A stretch of 63,946 bases of DNA, filler included, from Basidioascus undulatus (lineage: Eukaryota), in NCBI GenBank assembly GCA_000826855.1. It is 3 parts of 3 records of this genome, joined end to end, with 100 filler letters (N's around TTAATTAATTAA, not from the genome) between each part and the next. Parts side by side here need not be neighbours in the genome. Positions count along the whole stretch, not along the records: positions 43,287 to 63,946 come from JTLS01000362.1; 2 more parts are not named here. One strand, 5' to 3'. The translations under genes and the position numbers were made by a program. Shown here piece after piece: positions 54,846-63,946 of the stretch (positions are counted from its first letter, which is position 1; the number at the start of each line of letters is the position of its first letter). A model generated the notes under the pieces. It worked only from the letters and a program-made list of their open reading frames with translations. It searched no databases and was not told the origin of the DNA.

Positions 54846-55599
54846 GCTTCGGCCTGATTGCTAGGCCTTTATAGACTTCACGCATGGATGGCTTCTATTG
54901 GAAGCGTTATGTTTTACTGCGGGGCTTCCAACCTACTCTGGACCTCCAACTGCTTCAGGGCAGCAATTGTGAAGTCGTTTATGGCGTGCGTAAGCAGTTT
55001 GTTATTCGGCTTCTGCCGTCCACACAATTTTTCACTGCCATGAAGATGCACTCTCATACGGTTGACTCGCGAGCAAGTTGTGAGCGGAAGCCACCCTCAG
55101 GCCTGGTCCAGTACAGGGCACCACCGAGAAGTCCAATGCCTTGACGCAGACACAGTTTATCAACCGAGAGGTTGCCCTTGTTTACTTCTGGTTCCGCTGC
55201 CGGTGTCCTCCGGCGTAGGCTCTTCCTGCGCAGCATGATTTCGCGAGTGTGAGTGGGTGTGTCATCCCAGCTGTTCCCCCGACGCTAGCCTTTCATCTTA
55301 CTTCGATAATTCATTGAACAGAATGGAGCACTGCTACAGATGGGTTCTGTCGCCAGGTGCCTGTCAAGTGGAACAGAGGCTGCTGCTCCCGCCCCCCCCG
55401 CCTTCCAGGTCAAGGTAGTGTCAGGCAACGTGTTGAACCCCTGGTACAGGAGCCAAACGAGATGCCTCAGTAAAGTCTATTGATCAAAAGGAAGTGAGGA
55501 AAATGGGTTATGTCTGTTTGTGAGTGAGCTGCGTCACTCCTCAGTGCATTGAAGGTTTTCGTGCACGCAGCACGATACATCCCCCGAACTACCCGGAGA

Positions 55600-57600
55600 A
55601 TTGGTACTCAAACTGATGAATGTGCTTTCTTTCCTCCCTCCATTGCAGGCGTGGGACCCAAGCCGGCAGCGCAATGTTCCTGAGCAGCTGCTTTGGCATA
55701 CCGTGGGAACAACCTGCGGCTGCTGCAGTGGTCTGGTACGTCTTTGCTTTTGCGCTTTGCCTGCTCGCTACTTGCCGCCTGCCAGCTAACTGGGTTCTCA
55801 TTTTCCCTAGACCTCTACACTACCCCCTTACCCCACCACGACAACAATCCCCAACCCGTCCTCGCGGTCCTCTCCGAACGGCAAGCGAACCAGTACGGCC
55901 GGATCAACTGAGACGGCAACTTTCCGCCATCGCGACGTCTAGCTCTGCGCGGTTGGCGCGATCGCCTACCTTGCGTTCCTTGAGGACGTGGTCATGGAGA
56001 CGCCCCGGCCCGAGTTTGCTCCTGATTTCTCAGCCGCGGCGGTAGCCGAGAGCTACGGGAAGGGAGGGAAGCGCCCTTGGATGGACGGCGTTATCTTCCG
56101 CAGGAAAGAGAGCTGGACGAGCTGATGAGTTATGCCAGAAAGTTCGCTTTTCCTTTTCATTAATCTTCTGAAAAGGAAATCTGATCAAGTACTTCCTTTT
56201 TGCAGACCACAGCAAGCGCGCCAAGCTTGTCTGCAAGCCGAACGGTATCGATCTTTCACACACGACGCACCTCGGCCGCGCGTTCGCAGCTGTACAGGCC
56301 ACGCGCAACGGCGCCTCGAGTCGGAGTGGAAGGCGCAGGGACTCTGGTCCGATGGGAGCTCTTTTTGGCCCTGCTACGCGCACACCTTCCCGCTCGAGGC
56401 GCTCATCGCGCTGCACGGCGGAAACCCGAAGCGCCCCGAGACCGTCTTCTCTTCTGTGCACGCGCTGAGCAAGGCAAGTCTGCGCTTTTCCCTTCTCTTC
56501 TCTATTCATGCAATTCGAACTAACTTATGATGGTCTTTGATCTTCAGAGCCTCCAGAGTCCGTCTGCAAGTTGGTCTGGCCGTGGCTTGAGGACGAGCGC
56601 GAGGCGCTGAAGCGACGCGCCGAGGTCGACCCTCGCTGCATGGACGTCGCTCTGCGGAAATACTTTGAAGTTCTGGAGTGAGTTCCTCCTTATCCTATCA
56701 ACCTCATTTGGTTCGAAGCTCATTTTCATTCTGGTTGCAGGTGGTTCCGCAAGGTCCTGCTGCAAGACATAGCCGTCCTCTTCGACACCGAGCCGACGGC
56801 GCCCGTCTTCTCCTTCGCGCCGTTCGACTCGTTTCCGGCTCTAGGCTAAGCGCTGCAACAGCTCAGTCGCGAAGCTCGAGCAAGAACGCGCTCAGGCGTT
56901 CCTTGGCCTGCCGGAGTCGCTCGCGAATGGTGCGCATGTCGCACATGGCAGTCATCGCCGCCGTCCAGAAGATGCAGGAGCCGCACGACGAGCGGCTGGA
57001 CAAGGTCGAGCTCCTCATGACCGACCTCTCTGGCGTCCTAGGCGAGATCCGCGACGCTCCCAATCACCTAGCGCTCGCGGCGGAGCCGCCTCGCGCGCGC
57101 AAGAAGTCCGCGAAGTCGACGAAAGCAGCCGCAGTGCCCGCAGCGGAGGCCACATCCTCTTCGTCCACTTCCATCCCTCGCTCAATTACACCTCCGCCAC
57201 CCCTTCCTCCTCGCCCTCATCCCTCCCTACTCTCCCCGCCCGCTTCTTCCCGTCAGCCTCCGCCGACTGTCTCTTCGCAGGTGCCCGCACCCGACCTCAT
57301 CCCAAACCTTGACCAACCCCTTTTCCCCTCCTCCCTCATCTCCCTCATCTCCAATGTTCAGCAAAACGCCGCTCTTCTCGCCACCCGCCCTGTCCCGCCA
57401 ACCTGCTCCCGCTCGAGGCAACCCGCCAGAAGTAGGTGCGAAGGTGGACACGACCGTGTTCCACTGGACCCCCGCTCGGAACATGTGGGTGCCGGAGTAT
57501 AAGATGGATGCGGACGTGGTCAAGACGCCGTGGATGGTGTGGAAGGAATATAAGGAGGGGATCGGTGGGAAGCTTGCGATATCTCCACATGTTAAGGAGT
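55600..57600 (+). mobile_element. Degenerate CryptonF-like tyrosine-recombinase DNA transposon (intron-containing, C-terminal GCR1_C-like domain)
   Basis: Across frameshifts and stops: AYRGNNLRLLQWSD (Arg at 55702), NQYGR...FRHRDV.LCAVGAIAY, HTTHLGR (HxxR at 56268-56279), GLW...CY (Tyr at 56375), and VWKEYKEGIGG (57537-57569). Spliceosomal introns, e.g. 55736-55810. Element termini not identified. Confidence 0.8.
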
Positions 57601-58140
57601 GAAGAGACAATTGAGCTCCATATCCTGCAGCTATCCATGCCCAATCTGCACTCTCTGGCATGGGTCACATGCAACAATGACTCTTGGATCACTTCTCATG
57701 AAGTCTTGTGTTGCGCAAGCCTCCCAGTCTTAGAGGAGCTGATGCTCACACCTGCTGGCAGCCTAGACCCCAGATGTCTCCCAGATATCTTGCACTGTTT
57801 CAGCTCCAGCCTGTTGCACATGTCCATCATAGGTGAACATGAGGTTCTGTGCATCGAAGATCCTTGCTGCATGCCCTCACCTTGAGTTGCTTTAGCTTTT
57901 CAAATTGACCCTGCATCACTGGAGCCCACTCTTCGAGCTGGAGCACCCATCCCTTTCATCCATCTGGGTTTACATCAACTTCGCTGATCATGAGTTTGAG
58001 GAGCTGGAAGATTTCTGGACCAGTTTCTCACCCAAGGCGACCCCCCAATTTCGCTCCATTGAGCTGATTGTGTTGGGGATGGACAAAGAAATGGCTGATG
58101 AGGTGAAGGGTGGGAAAAGGGTTTTGAGTGGCAAGTGAGT
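57601..58140 (+). pseudogene. LRR-like gene fragment, strongly CpG-depleted
   Basis: MPNLHSL, LPVLEELML, HPSLSSI, PQFRSIEL segments with stops and frameshifts. Confidence 0.4.
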
Positions 58141-59304
58141 AGCTCTGTCACTGGCACCCTTCAGCAGATGAGAAATTGGCTGTCAAAATGTATGCAGACA
58201 CTTTGTCTCTCGGTCATTGGGGCTGCTTTGGATGCAGTACAATGCATCTGTCAGTACCATGACTGTCTCTGCATGATTAGGCATACGCACACAGGAAAGT
58301 CAACTCACTCCAATGCATCTCATCCACTCAGATTTGTACGATAATGCAGTTACCAGCCTGAACCTGGCTCTCAACAAAGATGTGCTTCCTCTATATAATG
58401 ATATAGTGGACCAAGAAGTCACAACCAAGTTTCAAGTATCGGTACACACCTGAAAACAGCGGAAAGATCCAAGGCCTGCAGGGAGGACAATTATGTGCAG
58501 TCACGCATGCTTGATATTCAAGGATTGTTCCCAGTCACACACTGCACCTCTCGCACAACCCTTTCTTACAAGCTGTCGCTAACCCTTGTTTAGCATAATT
58601 AAGCCTGAAACACTATTTCAAAATATAACATATCGTACCCCAGAAAAGGCACTAAGCTGACATCTGCCATGGCATTCAGTGTGTGCCAGTTTGCAAACAA
58701 ACAGGTCATCCTACAAAGTGATTGTTCCTCCAGCACATGCAAGAATAGTCCCGTATTCTTTACGCTGGCCTTCTAGAGAAAGATACTGGTGATGATACTC
58801 ACTCTCAGAGTAGTAGCCGCATCCTTCGTGTTTGGACGTCGATCCAGAGACGGTATTGGACTGCAGCGGTTTTGTCGGCGCCAGGCTTCAGTACAATTTC
58901 AAGGCCAAGGTACTTGGCCGAAACACACGTAGTGGTCGAAGCTGGAAAACGGCGCAACCTTTATAGTTCGTTACCAGGAGTCAATCTGTTGCCTGAATAG
59001 CTGAAAATGAGAGTGTGAAGTTGGGGTCCCACGTTCGATTCAGAGGAAATTGGCATCGTTATTAGAACCCTCAATATCAATTTATGAATAATATCAGTGA
59101 TTTGATTGATTTATGCTTGTGGCAATCAAACAGCGACGCGGCGTTAAGCGCATATCAATCGACAAGGCAGCGAAAATGGGCTGTTTTTTTTTGGCAATAC
59201 CAGCCAGTATCACGTCTTCCACGTGACCTGAACTCGATAATTTCCCCCTTCAGGACCAGGAGCTTCCTTGAACCTCACCTTCACCTCCAAACTCACTGAC
59301 CGCG

Positions 59305-61949
59305 ATGGCGAGCTCGTCATCATTGCTGTCAACGTCCGAGACTTTCTCGTCGTTTTCGCACCTGCTCGACACCCGCCTGCTCAAGGCTCTCGCCGACCTC
59401 AAGTTCGCCCACCCCACCCTCGTCCAGGCAAAGGCGATCCCTCTCGCCCTTGAGGGCAAGGACGTCTTGGCCCGCGCGCGCACAGGCAGCGGCAAGACTC
59501 TCGCGTACTGTCTTCCGACCGTGCAGAAGATCCTCAAGGCGAAGGAGGTGCGCTTGTCGAGGCCGGCTTAAGGCACAGCCAGGCGCGCGGGGCTGACTAG
59601 GGAGGACGTGAACAGGCGCCTGATGCGCAGTCGGAAACTCGCGCACTAATCCTCGTGCCGACGAGGGAGCTGGCGGAGCAGGTCACTGCGCACATGCGCA
59701 GTTTGATAAAGTACTGCGAGAAAGATGTGGGGCTGGTCAACCTGGCGGGTGCAGGCGGCGACGCGAAGTACCAACGGTGGGTCTGGCAATCTCCAAACCG
59801 CGTCCTCAGAAGCGCTGTGCAGGAGACGGTGGCCTTGGAACCTGGAAGCCGGAGAATCCTATACTTCCTATTATAAAGGGCTTCCGAAGCTGTTCGAGGC
59901 TGTGTTACTGACGCACATCCCCTCGCGACTAGGCTCCTCCTCTCCGACAAGCCCGACATTATCGTTTCCACCCCTTCGCGCCTCCTTACGCACCTTCAGT
60001 CGAAGGTCAGCATTTCTGAGCTTTCTCCGATTTCGCGCAGTCGCCTTACAGGAGCGCAATATGAATCACAGGCACTCTCCCTCTCCTCCCTCACCACCCT
60101 CACCATCGACGAAGCGGACCTGATCCTCTCCTACGGACACGCCGACGACGTCAAGGCGCTCCTCGGCGGCGGCTACCTGCCGAAGGTCTACCAGAGCTTC
60201 CTAATGAGCGCGACCATGACCAAGGACGTCGAGAAGCTGAGGGGCATGGTTCTGCGCAATCCCGTACGTTCCGAACTGCTTCCAGCGAAGGGCGCGGAAC
60301 TGACAGGATCGCGGAAACAGGCTATTCTGCGGCTGGAGGAGCAGGAGGACCAGTCAGCGAACCTGACGCAGTACTACGTTCGGTGCGTTTTCTGATCTCG
60401 AAGGCTCACAGCTGGAACACTGCCTTATCCTGTCTGCCAATCTCATATCAGCTCCTCTGAAACCGACAAGTTCCTGCTCACCTACGTGCTCCTCAAGCTC
60501 AAGCTAATCAAGGGCAAAGTCATCATCTTCGTGAACGACGTCGAGCGCTGCTACCGCCTCAAGCTCTTCCTCGAGATCTTCGGCATCCGCTCCGTTGTCC
60601 TCAACCGCGAGCTGCCTATCAACTCTCGGTACGTCATCTTGCCCCATCCGAGTAGTCCCACAAATCCGTGCGCCGCCTCTCAGACTGTGGCTTTCGCTCC
60701 GCAGGTTCCACATCGTCCAGGAGTTTAACAAGGGCGTCTACGACTACATGATCGCAACGGACGAGGCGGGCGCGTCGATCGAGGAGGAAGAGGATGAGGA
60801 GGCGGACGAGGAGGAAGATGCGGACAGCGGCGAGGAAGGCGAGAGTGGAAGCGAGGACGAGTCTGCCGATGAGGATGTTTTCGACGAGATCGATCGCCGT
60901 ACGAGTACCTTCTTAATTCTTAACCTCATCCTTGATGCTGATGCTATGGTCCCCATGCTCTTACAGAACTGCCGGCGGAGGCAGATGGCGCATCCGGGGC
61001 CTCTCCCGCACCCGAACCTTCCACCGCATACCCCACTCCCGACGCAGCTGTCGCCAACGCCTCGAAGAAGCGCAAGCGCGCGAGCCCCCCTCCGTCCTCT
61101 TCCAAAAAGCTCGCGCCGTCCAAAGCCAAGAAAGCGCGGGGCGACCGCGAGTTCGGCGTCTCGCGCGGCATCGACTTTGTCGACGTCTCGTGTGTGATCA
61201 ACTTCGACCTCCCCGCGACGCCGTCGTCGTACACGCACCGCGTCGGCAGGACCGCGCGCGCAGGCCGCACGGGCATGTCGCTCAGCTTCGTCGTCCCGCG
61301 CGACGAGCACGGCAAGGACAAGGTCATCACACTCCCGTCTGCGCGGCATGACGACCGCGTCTGGCGCCGGATCGAGCGGAGACAGCGCGAGCGTGGCGGC
61401 GCGAAGGAGTGGACGTTCGATCGCAAGCAGGTTGAGGGCTTCCGGTATCGCGTTGGGGACGCGATGCGCGCCGTTACCAAGAACGCGATCAAGGAGGCGC
61501 GCGTCAAGGAGCTCAAGAACGAGGTCCTAAACTCCGACAAGCTGAAGGTGAAGTCTTTATCATCGTCTTTCGATTATTCGTATTCTGATATACAAATTTA
61601 CTGATCGTCACCTCCTCTTCTCGCCGGATCGCAGGCGCACTTCGAGGACAACCCGAACGACCTCGCCTTCCTCCGGCACGACAAGCCTCTGCACCCTATT
61701 CGCCAGCAGACGCACATGAAGCACGTCCCCGGCTATCTGATGCCGCGCATCGCGGCCGTCCCCGCCGCAGCAGACGCATCGTCGTCCTCGGTCGGCTTCA
61801 TCCCCTTCAAGAAGTCCTCTGGGCGCGGACGCGGTCGGGGCGGCGGGCGTGGTGGGCGTGGCGGCGGACGGGGAGGCGGGCGGGGCGGAGCTTCCGGCAG
61901 CGGTGGGCGCAAGAAGGGCGACCCGTTGAAGAAGTTCAGTGCGAAGTGA
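59305..61949 (+). CDS. DBP9: DEAD-box ATP-dependent RNA helicase Dbp9 (DDX56), multi-exon
   Basis: [91 protein letters not shown]. Confidence 0.95.
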
Positions 61950-63108
61950 TGGGGCAGATGGATGATGCGTCGCATTCTTTTGGACACGCTCGTCTCTAAC
62001 TCGTCTGCTTCTCTCTCGCTGTATCAGTGCTTCCCAATACGAGAACATCGCTTGACTGACAATGTATGCATTCGAGCCCTTCTATGGACTGCCGCCTCGT
62101 TCAGTGTCCACTTCGAGGGTGGTGACCAGGTTGCAACCCCCGCCTTTTGTTAAAGTTGTGCGGCGCACAAGATCGCGCGGCCGTCTAGGATACGTTTGCC
62201 TCTCCGGCAGCGCTGCATGATCGTTGGCACGGTCCCTTCGATCCACCAGCTCGGGTGCAGCGGCTAAGGGTGGGCGAACCTTGACTAGTTTATTACGCCA
62301 AGACCCCATGATGCGATGTGCGTGGAAGCTTGGCCTTGACAGTGCGCAGTTCAAGAAAGAGTACCCGAAGTTCAATATGCTCGGGGTGGGGTGGGACGCG
62401 AACAGCGATCGGACCTGCAGGCAGGATATGCAGCGACGCGTCCTGACGCGTCAAAGAGCCGTGCAAGTCTGTCAGTGTGTGTGCGATGCGGAAAGGTGGG
62501 GTCCTTGATGGAGACAGGCACGACAGACACGCACACGACGCATACAGATCACGTTGGAGAAGTTTTCAACTATGTTTTGGGAGTGTCATCGAGTCGCGGT
62601 AATACAGTGGGGTTGGTCGCTGTAAAAAAGCAAGGGAAACATGATGCGGTACGGGGAGGAAGGATAACGAACGGCTGCCAGAAGGGAGGGAACGGTGTGG
62701 AATGAAAGAACGGAGAATGATCAAATAAACGAGCGGGGGGCAGAAATGCAAGGTCCGGTCTGGCATTCAATAGGGTGCTGATGCGGGGAATCATGAAAAA
62801 AAGTCGACGGGGTAATCGGTCGGAAGGGAAGGCAGGAAAGGAGAAATGTACAATGCCGAATGAACGGAAGGAGAACGGAAATTGGAAAATGAAAGTGAAA
62901 GTCCGAACGCTGGAAAGGGGGAGCGTCGTGTGGGGAAGGAAAGAGTAATGGCGGATGCGGCCGTGAGAAGGGTGAAAGTCATGCAAGACGAATGAGTGCC
63001 TGAACGAGAGATACTAAGACGGTCGGACGAGCGTCGCATAGATAGGAAAGGGAGGTTAAGACGAGAGCGCGAGAGAAAGGAAGCGGCAGACGCGAACACG
63101 AGCGCGCG

Positions 63109-63946
63109 TTACTGCCCGCCGCCGAAGCCGTCCCAGCCCATCTGTGCCTGGCCGGGCGCGGGCGGGTACCCGACGGTGGTGGGCATAGGGAGGTTGAGGG
63201 TCGGGAGGCTGTTGCGGCCTGCTGCGAACGCAGTCTGTGCGGGGTAGTACGTCGCGCGCGACGGCGGCATGGGCGGGAGCGCGAGCGCAGCGGCCGCGGC
63301 GGAGGCTGCGCCGGGCGCGAACGTTGCCTGCGTTGGCGGGGCCGAGTTGGGCGGCGATCGGGACGAGCTCGAGCTGCCCGCTGCGGCTTCCTGCGCATGC
63401 TTGCTCTGCGCCGCCATCGCCTCCTCCCGCTTCTTTGCCCGCCACGCCTTCCGCATCTCCTTGAACTCTGCAGCAGGAATGCGAAAGTGATTGTCAGTCG
63501 AAAGAATCGGTGCGTTACAAGCGCGAACACGACGCACCCCCAGGCAACCGCTTTGGACCATGCTTTTGCATCGTGACATGTGCGTTCAGATGATCTGCGG
63601 AGGAGCGAGCAACCACCAAGGTAAGCGAGCTGCGTATGGAAGCGAGCCGAAAAGAAACGCAAATACGGACTCAACGTGCCGTAGCTCTTCGTGCACCCCT
63701 CATACCCGCACGTGTACAGCCGCTCGATCTCGTCATACCGACGCCGCGGGCGCTTCTTGACTGCCTGCCCGGGCAGGCTGACGAACGCGTACACTCGTGC
63801 GGGGTCGGTATGCGGGTGGGTGTGGAACGCGTGGGGGAGGCCGTCGGAGGTCGCTGGCCGGGTGGCGGGAGGCGGGTAGAGCGGGGTGGGGGTGGGCCCG
63901 GAGAGGGAGAAGCGAAGCTGGTGCTTACCCAAGTAGAACTCCGCCG
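63109..63946 (-). CDS. C2H2 zinc-finger transcription factor, 5' end outside window
   Basis: YAFVSLPG..VKKRPRRRYDEIERLYTCGYEGCTKSYGTL|NHLNAHVTMQKHGPKRLP|EFKEMRKAWR. Stop at 63109. Confidence 0.85.

Noticed and set aside
55600..57600. Active transposase or Starship captain (DUF3435)
   Set aside because: Multiple frameshifts and stops, and the motifs plus GCR1_C-like tail fit CryptonF rather than a captain.
61820..61910. G-rich repeat near the DBP9 3' end
   Set aside because: It encodes an ordinary RGG-rich tail of an RNA helicase.
62560..63100. Purine-rich tract with Phe/Pro-rich antisense ORFs
   Set aside because: Most simply the pyrimidine-rich 3' UTR/terminator region of the zinc-finger gene.

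Overview
This is eukaryotic, intron-rich, high-GC fungal DNA. Splice donors such as GTGCGT, GTCCGT and GTTCGT, many microexons and the gene content suggest a basidiomycete, probably Pucciniomycotina/Microbotryomycetes-like (inference). Apparently intact genes: a membrane-anchored GH9 endoglucanase-like protein, SLM3/MTU1, MIF2/CENP-C, ERG2, an SDR, TRP2, SKI6/RRP41, an NR2C2AP/TRA16-like protein, ubiquitin-RPL40, a Zn-dependent alcohol/formaldehyde dehydrogenase, RSM23/DAP3, ARC40/ARPC1, DBP9 and a partial C2H2 zinc-finger factor. There are three tRNA genes (two Thr-AGT, one Leu-AAG cut by a gap) and two artificial 100-bp N/TTAATTAATTAA spacers. Between the housekeeping genes lie several decayed accessory genes (F-box/LRR-like, TauD, MBOAT) and two tyrosine-recombinase element remnants (DIRS/Ngaro-like and CryptonF-like). 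The most notable system is a compact arsenic-resistance cluster, arsH + ACR2-like reductase <-> ACR3 (50.0-54.8 kb). Both soluble enzymes have mitochondrial-presequence-like N-termini, the reductase has an atypical HC-X7-R/CxxC loop, a shared upstream motif ATTTCAARTT occurs three times, and a Crypton remnant plus a CpG-depleted tract lie next to it. Exon structures were read by eye, so internal boundaries are approximate and no database searches were run.
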